Shown: one piece after another, positions 19,973 to 28,700 of the stretch
Layout of the letters: each line of letters starts with the position of its first letter
Position numbering within the stretch: position 1 is the first letter of the stretch
Source: Halorarum halobium
GTDB taxonomy: Archaea > Halobacteriota > Halobacteria > Halobacteriales > Haloferacaceae
Assembly (NCBI RefSeq): GCF_032116555.1
Contig: NZ_CP134949.1
Coordinates: 2,046,001-2,110,000 of the forward strand
Direction of reading: 5' to 3'
DNA length: 64,000 nucleotides
Position numbers and translations under genes: made by a program
The notes under the pieces: model-generated
What the model was told of the DNA's origin: nothing
Seen by the model: only the letters and a program-made list of their open reading frames with translations
Databases searched by the model: none

Positions 19973-21649
19973 CTACGACAGTTCCGCGTCCAGATCGTCC
20001 GCGACCCGGAGCGCCAGCGCCGCGATGGTGAGCGTCGGGTTCATCGCGCCGCTCGTGACGAACGCGCCCGAGGACGGGAGCCAGCAGTTCTCCAGGTCGT
20101 GAGTCCTGAGCCGCGGCGTCACCACGCTCCCGTCGGGGTCGGTTCCCATCCGCGTCGTCCCCATGTGGTGGAACGCGGGACCGGTGCTGTCGGGGCCGAC
20201 GGTCCACCGGACGTCGACCCCGAGTTCCGACAGGACGGCGTGCTGGATCTCGTTGGCCCGTTCGAGCGTCCGCCTCGTTCGGTCGTCGAGCGACCAGCGT
20301 ATCTTCGGCACCGGGTTGCCGTGGTCGTCGGTCCGCGAGGGGTCGAGCTCGATCCGGTTCTCCGCGCGCGGAAGCTGTCCGACCAGCCCGCCCATGGCGA
20401 CGTGGGTGCCGTACGAATCGCGGAGGGTCCCCAGCAGGTCGTCGCCCCACTCCTCGGCCGAGAGCGCCATCTCGACGGGCGAGGGGCCGGCGTAGTTCAG
20501 GAACTCCAGCTTGATGGGGCCCAGATCACCGTCGGCGGGTGGAATCGAGCCGGCCGTCCCGGACGCGCCGGCCCCCGGTCGGTCGTAGAACTGGTGGGAC
20601 TCGCTGGTGAGAAAGCCGACGTGGTTCTGCCGGGTCGGCTCGTCGAGCACCCCGCCGGCGCCCGCGAACAGGTGGTCCATGAAGTAGCGGCCGACCAGCC
20701 CCGAGGAGTTCGCCAGGCCGTCCGGATGCCGGGCCGACTCCGAGAGCAACAGCAGTCGCGCCGTCTCCACCCCGCCGCAGGCGACGACGAACTGGCGGGC
20801 CTCCTGCCGATGCTCCGTCCCGTCCGGCGTCGCGTACACCGCCGCTTCGACGCGGTCGCCGGACTCGTCGTGTTCGAGCCGCTGGACGGGCACCCGGGTC
20901 AGCAACCGCGCGCCGGCCTCCTCCGCCCGCTCGACGTGGCGCTCGGCGCTGTACTTCGCCCCCGAGGGACAGACCGGTTTGCAGGTTCCGTAGCCGACGC
21001 AGGCCGAGTCGTCCCCCCGCGACTCGGAGAGCCGGGCGTTCGGCACCGAGTGTGTCGCCACCCCCAGCCGCTCGCACGCCTCGGCGAACAGCGAGTCGCT
21101 GTAGGACGGCGGGAACGCGGGCAGGTCGTACGGCTCCTCGCGCGGCGGCGCGAACGGGTTGTCGGCCGCGCCCGAGACGCCGAGCGCCCCCTCCGCGGCC
21201 GCGTAGTACGGCCGCAGGTCCTCGTAGTCGATGGGCCAGTCGGCGGCGACGCCGTCGCGCGTCCGCCGTCTGAAGTCCGACTCGTGGAGCCGCATCACCA
21301 TCCCCTGCCAGTGGAGCGTCGACCCGCCGACGCCCTTCACCCGGGCGGCGTTCAGCGGGTAGTGCCGGTCCCCGCCGGTCGTGTACGCGTCGCGCTCGCC
21401 GCCCATCTCCCAGACGGAGTCGGGTCCGTACGCCGGCCTGATGTCGCGCTCCATCCGCTCGGTTCTGTCGCCATCGAATCGTTCGCCGGCCTCGAGCACG
21501 ACGACGTCGTGGCCCGCCCCGGTGAGCCGGTGTGCGACGAGCGCGCCCGCGGGGCCGCTGCCGACGACGCAGACGTCCACGCGCCCGCTCGGCGTCCGGT
21601 CGGCGTCGGCGGACGCGGCCGGGTCGTCACCGTCCGTTGACTCACGCAT
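19973..21649 (-). CDS. GMC-family FAD oxidoreductase (gluconate/glucoside dehydrogenase catalytic-subunit-like)
   Basis: GSGPAG, VGGSTLHW, CVGYGTCKPVC Cys cluster, HHMGTTRMG and NPTLT motifs. Confidence 0.9.
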   Translation of the reverse strand: MRESTDGDDPAASADADRTPSGRVDVCVVGSGPAGALVAHRLTGAGHDVVVLEAGERFDGDRTERMERDIRPAYGPDSVWEMGGERDAYTTGGDRHYPLNAARVKGVGGSTLHWQGMVMRLHESDFRRRTRDGVAADWPIDYEDLRPYYAAAEGALGVSGAADNPFAPPREEPYDLPAFPPSYSDSLFAEACERLGVATHSVPNARLSESRGDDSACVGYGTCKPVCPSGAKYSAERHVERAEEAGARLLTRVPVQRLEHDESGDRVEAAVYATPDGTEHRQEARQFVVACGGVETARLLLLSESARHPDGLANSSGLVGRYFMDHLFAGAGGVLDEPTRQNHVGFLTSESHQFYDRPGAGASGTAGSIPPADGDLGPIKLEFLNYAGPSPVEMALSAEEWGDDLLGTLRDSYGTHVAMGGLVGQLPRAENRIELDPSRTDDHGNPVPKIRWSLDDRTRRTLERANEIQHAVLSELGVDVRWTVGPDSTGPAFHHMGTTRMGTDPDGSVVTPRLRTHDLENCWLPSSGAFVTSGAMNPTLTIAALALRVADDLDAELS

Positions 21650-22265
21650 CGTCGGTCCCCGCGGGCGTCCTCGTGCCGGGGTCCGATCCGGTCGTGTCGT
21701 CGGTCCCACCGCCGGTGTCGGCGGCGGCGTCCCCGTTCGTCGGCGGTTGCCGGTAGCTCACCGTCCCGCCGGGGAACCCCTGCGGGTTCTCGATACCGAC
21801 GAGCTCGCCGCCGGTCGGCGTGGTGTAGAGCGCGTACAGCAGTTCGTTGACGAGGAAGTGCCGGACGCGTTCGGGGTCGTCGCCGTCCGGAACCGGGTCG
21901 GCCGTGTCGACGGCCATCTCTCGGAGGTGGGCGTCGCGGGCCGCCGGGTCGAGGTCGGCGAAGCGCGCGTCGCGCCACGCCTCGGCGTACTCGTCCAGCG
22001 TCTCGACCGCGTCGGCGACGCCCTCGCGGTGGTTCGGTCGGTCCCGGACCCTGCCGACGCAGTACGTCTCCACGAACTCGGGCACCCCCGATACCGTACT
22101 CGGGTAGACCGTGCGTGCGACCGCCACGAGCGCCTCCCGCTCCGCGGGCGTGAACCGTCCCTCCGTCGCCTCGCCGTCTCCCCACTCGAGCCCCGCACAG
22201 CCCCCGGCGACCGCCGCACCACCGGCGGCCAGCGCCGCGAGCGCGTCACGACGGCTCAGCTGCAT
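21642..22265 (-). CDS. Gluconate 2-dehydrogenase subunit 3-like Tat lipoprotein
   Basis: SRRDAL twin-arginine motif plus AGGC lipobox; FADLD..ARDA.L; GFPGG near C-terminus; overlaps the GMC start. Confidence 0.85.
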   Translation of the reverse strand: MQLSRRDALAALAAGGAAVAGGCAGLEWGDGEATEGRFTPAEREALVAVARTVYPSTVSGVPEFVETYCVGRVRDRPNHREGVADAVETLDEYAEAWRDARFADLDPAARDAHLREMAVDTADPVPDGDDPERVRHFLVNELLYALYTTPTGGELVGIENPQGFPGGTVSYRQPPTNGDAAADTGGGTDDTTGSDPGTRTPAGTDDA

Positions 22266-22274
22266 GGCCGACGG

Positions 22275-22290
22275 GTTAGGGTAGCCTAAA
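22275..22290. promoter_or_regulatory. Operator palindrome, box 2
   Basis: GTTAGGGTAGCCTAAA, 10 nt upstream of the 22265 ATG. Confidence 0.75.
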
Positions 22291-22337
22291 CAAATGGCTT
22301 GTCATCCGGACGAGGGCGGCGCCGGTCGGCGGGCCCG

Positions 22338-24641
22338 TCAGCCGGTCCGGTCCGGGGCCGTCCGGTCCGACGCCGTCGGGTCCGACGCAGCGGAGTTCGA
22401 GGCCGTCCCGTTCGGCGCCGTCCCGTCGATCGTCGTCCCGTTCGACGCGGACAGGGCAAGTTCGACGGAGACGCCGTCGGCCGCCGCCTCGGGGACGTAG
22501 GCCGCCTCGCCGCCACAGAGTCGCGGCGTGGTGCAGACCTCCGCGTACGGCGTCAGCGCCCGGACCTCCTCGTCGTCGAGGAGGACGGGCACGTCGAGCC
22601 GGTAGCTGAACGCGCCAGTCCCGCCCGTGCTGACGTACACCACGAGTTCGAGCGTCTCGCGGCCGGTGACCGGAACTGCGGTGTCGTTACCGACGGGGGC
22701 GACCGCCCCGTCCACGGTCGCGCGCCCCGCGGCGACCGTCAGCGACAGCGGGAGCGAGGACGGCGTGCAGTTCGCCGCGTACAGCGCGCTCCCTTCCTCG
22801 CTCCGGAGCCGGAGCGACACCGACTGCGCGTTCGCCGGGACCCCGAGCGTCGCGTTGAGCCGAACTTTCCCGCCCGAGACGTGCCGGACCCGCTGGATGC
22901 GCGGCTCGACGGTCACGCCGGCGGTCGGGGCCCAGTCGCCGCGGTAGGTGTACCGATGCACGGTCCGCTCCGGGAAGGCATCGACGACGGCGAACTGCTT
23001 CTCCCGGAGCGCGTACACCGCGTCGCCGTCGTAGTCGGGGTCGTTCCGCAGCGCCTGGAACGGGTGGTTGAGCCAGTCGCCGTAGGGGGTGGGGAGGAAC
23101 ACGAGCGCGTCCTCGAACGACCGGTCCACGAACGGTTCGTACGCCTCCTCGTAGGCGGCGGTGACCTCGGCGTTGCGGTCGATCGGCCCGCCCAGGGCCG
23201 TCGCCGCCGGAACCGCGAACGCCGCCGCGCTGAGCACCGTGACGGCGGCGAGGACGGCGGCCGCGCGCGACTCGGAGGACGCCCGGTCGCGCACGTACCC
23301 CGGGAGCCGTCGACCGAGGATGACCAGCGCGTGGGCGGCGAACAGCCCGGTCGGGACGAGCAGGTCGAAGTGGTAGTACGGTCCGAGCCCCGCGATCAGC
23401 CCGTCGCCCGGCGCGGTCAGGTTCCCGAGGACGTTGAAGTTCCCCCAGAAGAAGACGTTTCCGAGCGGGACGGAGACGGCGAGCCCCGCGAGCGCGACCT
23501 GTCGAGAATCGACGCGGTCGATGCCGGTTCCGCCTGCGATCCGGGCACCCAGGTCACTGCCGGCGGCGGAGCCGACCGCACGCGCGCCGAACAGACCCAG
23601 TCCGATCGCGGCGAGCAGCGTTCCCGCACGACCCCCGGCGACCCAGTCGGTGAGGAACGCGGCGAGCACGCGCGCGTTCGCCTCCAGCGCGAGTTCCGGC
23701 GTGTACTGAACCTCGTGGCCGAGGATCTCTCGGTGCCCGAAGCCCAGGCCGTCCGCGGGAGCGAACGCGACGTACGGGAACACCAGCGGGTCGCCCGTGA
23801 GGACGGCGTTGTACGCGAGCGCGGCCGCGACGCCGCCACAGCCGAGCGCCGCGGTGACGAGGTTCCGGGAGAGCGCGCCCCGGTCGAGTTCGCTGACGAA
23901 CTCCCCGCGGTCGAACCCGTCCGCGGCGAGGCCCCGAACCGTCGACCCCGAACCGAGGATGCGCCACCCGGCGTGGGCGACGAACGGCGCGGCGAACAGC
24001 GTCGCCGTGTACGGCCGGGAGAAGAACGCGACGCCGACGGCGACGCCGGCGAGCGCGGCCCACCACGCGCTCCCGGTTCGGTCGGCCCGGAGGTACGCCA
24101 ACGCGAACAGCAGGTTCCAGAGCGTCGTCGCGGCGTACGGGAGGAACACGCCCGACTGGACGACGAACAGCGGGGAGGCCAGAACGAACGCGGCCGCGAG
24201 GACCCCGTGGCGGGCGTCGAACGCCTCCCGCACCGTCAGGTGGGTCAGGCCGACGACCGCCGCGGCGATGCCGACGAGCGCGACCTGCGGCCCGCCGAGC
24301 AGCGTGCCGCCGGCGAACATCGCGGCCGGGACTGGCGCGTACTTCGGGTACAGCGTCGCCGCGTCGGTCTCGACGAAGAACCACGGCCGGAACGGGTCGA
24401 CGACCGGCGGGTCGAGGACGAGTTGCCCCTCGAGCAGCATCGCCGCCTGCTGGAGGTAGACGGCCTCGTCGTGGTTCGACGAGTGGTACGGAAACAGGCC
24501 GGTCGCGACGAGCGCGGCGACCAGTGCCCCGGCAACCATCAGGAGAACGGCGACCGCGTCGGCCCGCGTCGCCCCCTCCACCGCCCGGCGGCGCGCCGTT
24601 CGGAGGCGCCGTCGGACCGCGTACACGAAGCCACCCGTCAT
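22338..24641 (-). CDS. GT-C (ArnT/PMT-like) polytopic glycosyltransferase with C-terminal extracellular domain
   Basis: NHDEAVY acidic motif after TM1, many TMs, SRP motif; ATGA overlap with the ABC ATPase. Confidence 0.75.
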   Translation of the reverse strand: MTGGFVYAVRRRLRTARRRAVEGATRADAVAVLLMVAGALVAALVATGLFPYHSSNHDEAVYLQQAAMLLEGQLVLDPPVVDPFRPWFFVETDAATLYPKYAPVPAAMFAGGTLLGGPQVALVGIAAAVVGLTHLTVREAFDARHGVLAAAFVLASPLFVVQSGVFLPYAATTLWNLLFALAYLRADRTGSAWWAALAGVAVGVAFFSRPYTATLFAAPFVAHAGWRILGSGSTVRGLAADGFDRGEFVSELDRGALSRNLVTAALGCGGVAAALAYNAVLTGDPLVFPYVAFAPADGLGFGHREILGHEVQYTPELALEANARVLAAFLTDWVAGGRAGTLLAAIGLGLFGARAVGSAAGSDLGARIAGGTGIDRVDSRQVALAGLAVSVPLGNVFFWGNFNVLGNLTAPGDGLIAGLGPYYHFDLLVPTGLFAAHALVILGRRLPGYVRDRASSESRAAAVLAAVTVLSAAAFAVPAATALGGPIDRNAEVTAAYEEAYEPFVDRSFEDALVFLPTPYGDWLNHPFQALRNDPDYDGDAVYALREKQFAVVDAFPERTVHRYTYRGDWAPTAGVTVEPRIQRVRHVSGGKVRLNATLGVPANAQSVSLRLRSEEGSALYAANCTPSSLPLSLTVAAGRATVDGAVAPVGNDTAVPVTGRETLELVVYVSTGGTGAFSYRLDVPVLLDDEEVRALTPYAEVCTTPRLCGGEAAYVPEAAADGVSVELALSASNGTTIDGTAPNGTASNSAASDPTASDRTAPDRTG

Positions 24642-25870
24642 TCCGCAACGCCGTCGGCGGCCGGATACCAGGCGAGCGTGTGATCGGCCACGAGCTCGAC
24701 GGTCACCCGCCGGTCCAACGCGAACTCGGTCGCGTGGTTGTGTTCACACCTGACGACCCGACCGCCGTCGAGTTCGACGTCGTAGACGAACGACGGGCCC
24801 GTGTACGTCCGGCCGACGATGACGCCGTCGCCGTCGCCCCCGGCCGGGACCGCCTCGAGGTCGTCGGGACGAACGAGCACGTCGACGTCGGCCCCGTCGT
24901 AGTCGGGGGTGAGTCCCTGAAGCAGCTCCTCGTCGAGCGTGCCCAGCGCGGTCTCGACGCTTCCGCCCTCGAAGCGGCCGGGCAGGAAGCTGGCCTGACC
25001 GATGAACTCCGCGACGAACCGCGACTCGGGGTGTTCGAACACGGCTTCGGGCCGCCCAACCTGCTGGAGCGTCCCGTCGTGCATGACGGCGACGCGGTCG
25101 GAGATGCTCAGCGCCTCCTCCTGGTCGTGGGTCACCGAGACGGCCGTGACGCCCGCCTCCTTCAGGATCCGTCGCACGTCCTCGCGCATCCGCACCCTGA
25201 GCCGCACGTCGAGGTTGGAGAACGGCTCGTCGAGCAGCAGCACGTCGGGTTCGGGCGCGAGCGAGCGCGCCAGCGCGACGCGCTGGCGCTGGCCGCCCGA
25301 GAGCGTGTCGGGCGACTGGTCCGCGTACTCGGTCAGGCCGACGAGCTCGAGCAGATCGGCGACCCGCGCTTCGGTCTCGCCGTCGTCGGCGTCCTGCAGG
25401 CCGAAGGCGACGTTCTCGGCGACCGAGAGGTGGGGGAACAGCGCGAACTCCTGGAACACCATGCCGACGTCGCGGTCCTCGGGGTCGGTCACGACGCCCT
25501 CGCCCGCGACCGTCTCGTCGGCCACGACGACCACGCCGTCGGTCGGGGCCGCCAGCCCGGCGATCATGCGGAGCGTCGTCGTCTTTCCGCAGCCGGACGG
25601 CCCCAGCAGGGTGAGCAGTTCGCCGTCCCTGACGGTCAGGTTCAGCCCGTCGACGGCCGTCTCCGTGCCGTACTCCTTCCGGACGCCCTCCAGCCGGAGC
25701 ACCGGCTCGGCGTCGTCGTACGGTCCCCGCGGGGGGTCCTCGGCCGTTTCCGAGCCGCCCGCGGCGCCGGCGGGTGGTCCCTCGCCCGATCCGGCGTCCG
25801 CGTCGTCGTGGCCATCGCTGGTCCCCGTCGTCCCGCCCGCCGTCACCTCGTCGAGCGTCCTTTCAGCCAT
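24638..25870 (-). CDS. Fe3+-type ABC transporter ATP-binding protein
   Basis: GPSGCGKT, LSGGQRQR, LLLDEP and C-terminal TOBE-like domain. Confidence 0.92.
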   Translation of the reverse strand: MAERTLDEVTAGGTTGTSDGHDDADAGSGEGPPAGAAGGSETAEDPPRGPYDDAEPVLRLEGVRKEYGTETAVDGLNLTVRDGELLTLLGPSGCGKTTTLRMIAGLAAPTDGVVVVADETVAGEGVVTDPEDRDVGMVFQEFALFPHLSVAENVAFGLQDADDGETEARVADLLELVGLTEYADQSPDTLSGGQRQRVALARSLAPEPDVLLLDEPFSNLDVRLRVRMREDVRRILKEAGVTAVSVTHDQEEALSISDRVAVMHDGTLQQVGRPEAVFEHPESRFVAEFIGQASFLPGRFEGGSVETALGTLDEELLQGLTPDYDGADVDVLVRPDDLEAVPAGGDGDGVIVGRTYTGPSFVYDVELDGGRVVRCEHNHATEFALDRRVTVELVADHTLAWYPAADGVAE

Positions 25871-27497
25871 CGGTCCCCTCCTGGCGCAACAGGAGCACCA
25901 TCGACAGGCCGGAGACGGCCACCAGCACGAGCGCCGGCAGCGCGGCCCGGCCGTAGTAGCCGGCCTCCTGAACTCGCCAGATGTACGTCACGAGCGTTGT
26001 AAATCCTGTCGGATGGAGGATGAGCGTCGCCGGCAGCTCCTTCATCGTGGTGAGAAACACCAGCGCGGCCCCCGCGACGAGCCCCGGCGTGATCAGCGGC
26101 AGCGTCACGCGGCGGAACGCGCCGCGCGGCGGCTCGCCGAGCGTCCGCGCCGCACCCAGAAGGTCCCCGTCGACGCCGAGCACCGACGAGCGGGTGGTGC
26201 CGACCGCCTGCGGGAGAAAGCGGACGACGTACGCGAACACGAGCAGCGGGAGCGTCTGGTAGAGCCCCGGCGCGTAGCTGGTTCCGAAAAACACCAGCGC
26301 GAGCGCGAGCACGACGCCCGGCATCGCGTAACCGACGTACGTCGAGCGCTCCGAGAGCCGTGCGGCGAGCGAGTCCGAGCGTCCGGCGTAGTAGGCGATC
26401 GGCAGCGCCAGCACCACGGTCACGAGGGCCGCGAGCAGCGACGCCGACACCGAGTTCAGCCCGAACGCCCAGTCGAACGCGATGCCGCCGCCGGCGTAGC
26501 CCGGGCCGCTCCGGAGCAGCCACATCGCCAGGATGCCGACCGGGAGCGCGAGCGTGAAGGTCGCAACCGTCGCGGGGAACAGCATCGCGGGCCAGCGGAG
26601 CCGACCCAGTTCGATGACAGTCGAGGACGACGCGGCCGACCCGTAGCCGTCGGACTCCTCGGGGCCGATCCGGGATTCGAGCGCGAGGACGAACGCGGTG
26701 ACACAGAGCAGTTCCAGCGCGAGCACCGTCGCCCGCGCCTGCCCGAACGCGCCGAGTTCGACGTAGATGACGCGCGTGAACACGTCGTACTGCATGATCG
26801 CCGGCGTCCCGAAGTCCGAGAGCGCGTACAGCGCGACCAGCAGCGCCCCCGCGGTCACTCCCGGGGCGATCTGTGGCAACACCACGCGACGGAACGCCGA
26901 GCGGTAGCGGTGGTTCAGCGTCCGTGCCGCCTCGAGTTGCGTCGTGTCGAACGACAGCAGCGACGCCCGCGTCGTGAGGAACACGTAGGGGTAGACGAAC
27001 AGCGTGAGGACCAGCACCGCTCCCTCGAGCCCGTAGATGGTCGGAATCCGGACGCCCAGCGGCGCGAGCAGGTCCGCGAGCGCCCCGCGCGGGCCGAACG
27101 CCGAGACGTACGCGAACGCTCCGAGGTAGCTCGGCACGACGAGGGGGAGCGCGGCGACGACGGTCCAGAACCGGCCGAACGGCAGGTCAGTCTGGACCGT
27201 GAGGACCGCCAGCGGGACCCCCAGCGCGAGCGACCCGCCGGTGACGAGCGCGACGACCAGCAGGCTGTTCACCAGCACCTCGACCGCGGTGGGTGACGTC
27301 GCCAGACCGACGGCCTCGACGAGCCCCACGTCGGCGGCCCTGAGAACGAGCCAGAGCACCGGCGAGACGACGGCGGCCGCGACCGCGACGGCCGCGGCGG
27401 CGAGGAGGAGGCCGGCGGCGTCGCCGTCCGCAGCCTCCCGGGCTCGCCGGGTCAGGGTCCCCCCGACCCCCGCCGCATCGTCGCCCCCGGAGGCCAT
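25863..27497 (-). CDS. Fe3+-type ABC transporter permease (FbpB-like, duplicated domain)
   Basis: Two EAA-like loops (EAARTLN, GAARTLG), SDFGTP and KELPATL. Confidence 0.9.
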   Translation of the reverse strand: MASGGDDAAGVGGTLTRRAREAADGDAAGLLLAAAAVAVAAAVVSPVLWLVLRAADVGLVEAVGLATSPTAVEVLVNSLLVVALVTGGSLALGVPLAVLTVQTDLPFGRFWTVVAALPLVVPSYLGAFAYVSAFGPRGALADLLAPLGVRIPTIYGLEGAVLVLTLFVYPYVFLTTRASLLSFDTTQLEAARTLNHRYRSAFRRVVLPQIAPGVTAGALLVALYALSDFGTPAIMQYDVFTRVIYVELGAFGQARATVLALELLCVTAFVLALESRIGPEESDGYGSAASSSTVIELGRLRWPAMLFPATVATFTLALPVGILAMWLLRSGPGYAGGGIAFDWAFGLNSVSASLLAALVTVVLALPIAYYAGRSDSLAARLSERSTYVGYAMPGVVLALALVFFGTSYAPGLYQTLPLLVFAYVVRFLPQAVGTTRSSVLGVDGDLLGAARTLGEPPRGAFRRVTLPLITPGLVAGAALVFLTTMKELPATLILHPTGFTTLVTYIWRVQEAGYYGRAALPALVLVAVSGLSMVLLLRQEGTDG

Positions 27498-28633
27498 CAG
27501 AGCACGCCGGTCTCGCGGAGCAGTTCCAGCGTCGGCTGGACGTCCGAGAGTTCGGTCAGGTCCAGGTCCGGCGGGTTCAGTTCGTCGATGGTCGGGAGCC
27601 CGCCGACCGGCGGGATCCCCGGAATCATCGGGTAGCCGTACGTCCGTGTGGCGAAGAACTCCTGGGCCTCCGCCGAGAGCAGGTGGCGGATGAACGTTTG
27701 CGCCAGGTCACCGTTGTCGCTCGGCGCGAGCTGTGCGGCGCCGGCGACGTTGATGAGCGCGCCAGCGTCGCCGCTCGTGAACGCGAGGTCGAGCGGTGCG
27801 TCCGGCCTGCTCGCCCGCACCCGGAGCGCGTAGTAGTGGTTCGCGAAGCCGGCGGCGATCTCGCCCTCCGCGACCGCGTTCGAGACGAGGAACTCGTCCG
27901 GGTACTCCGTGATCCCGGCGTCGAGCATCCCGTTCAGCCACTCGCGCGTCGGCTCCTCGCCCTCGATGACCCGCATCGCGGTGACGAACGCCTGGAAGGC
28001 GCCGTAGGTCGGCCCCCAGCCCATCGCGTCCTGCAGCGGCGACGCGCCCGGGAAGTCCATGACCGTCTCCGGGATGTCGTCGGACGAGAGCGCATCCGTG
28101 TTGTACGGCACCGCGCGTGCGCGGCCGGCCGTGCCGACCCACTGGCCGTTCGGGTGGAACGTCTCCGGAACGGGCTCGACGACCTCCGAGGGGAGTTCCG
28201 CGGTGAGGCCCTCGTCGGCGACCGCGCCGAGCGAGCCGGCGTCGACCGACCAGAACACGTCGGCGGGCGTCGACTCGCCCTCGGTGATGATCGTGTTCGC
28301 GCCCTCCGCCGCGCCGTAGCCGCGGATCCGCCCGGTGAAGTCTGGGTAGATGTTCTCCAGCAGCGTCACGAGGTCGCGGTAGAGGCCGCCCTCGCCCCCG
28401 CCGAGGTAGATGTCGAGTTCGCCGCTCAGCTCCGGCAGGTCGGAGAGTCGCGTTCCCTCCAGCGGCGGGCGCGACTCGACGAGCGGGCCGGAGCCGCGGA
28501 AGTCCGAGAAGGCGACGTTCCGCGAGGGCGTCCGCGAACTGCCGAACTGACAGCCCGCCAGCCCCGCGGTGCCGGCGGCCCCCACCGCCGCGAGGAAGCG
28601 CCGCCTGCTCCGTGATCCGTCGGTGTCGGTCAT
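27497..28633 (-). CDS. Fe3+-binding protein (FbpA/FutA-like), Tat lipoprotein (alternative start 28708)
   Basis: SRRRFL plus LAGC lipobox; PADVFW, GRAR..YNT and NHYY double-tyrosine motif. Confidence 0.88.
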   Translation of the reverse strand: MTDTDGSRSRRRFLAAVGAAGTAGLAGCQFGSSRTPSRNVAFSDFRGSGPLVESRPPLEGTRLSDLPELSGELDIYLGGGEGGLYRDLVTLLENIYPDFTGRIRGYGAAEGANTIITEGESTPADVFWSVDAGSLGAVADEGLTAELPSEVVEPVPETFHPNGQWVGTAGRARAVPYNTDALSSDDIPETVMDFPGASPLQDAMGWGPTYGAFQAFVTAMRVIEGEEPTREWLNGMLDAGITEYPDEFLVSNAVAEGEIAAGFANHYYALRVRASRPDAPLDLAFTSGDAGALINVAGAAQLAPSDNGDLAQTFIRHLLSAEAQEFFATRTYGYPMIPGIPPVGGLPTIDELNPPDLDLTELSDVQPTLELLRETGVL

Positions 28634-28639
28634 CGTCGA

Positions 28640-28655
28640 ATTTGGTTCGCCTAAA
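28640..28655. promoter_or_regulatory. Operator palindrome, box 3
   Basis: ATTTGGTTCGCCTAAA, 10/12 match, 7 nt upstream of the 28633 ATG. Confidence 0.6.
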
Positions 28656-28700
28656 GCCGTTAACTCCTGCGGTTCGCTGCCGTCCGCACGGCCGGAGGGG

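Noticed and set aside
18893..21640. 915-aa plus-strand ORF and many other long Arg/Pro/Ala-rich ORFs (e.g. 22299-24683, 25002-27296, 60132-61862)
   Set aside because: These are shadow or antisense frames of real genes in high-GC DNA; they are basic, lack motifs and do not fit the acidic proteome.
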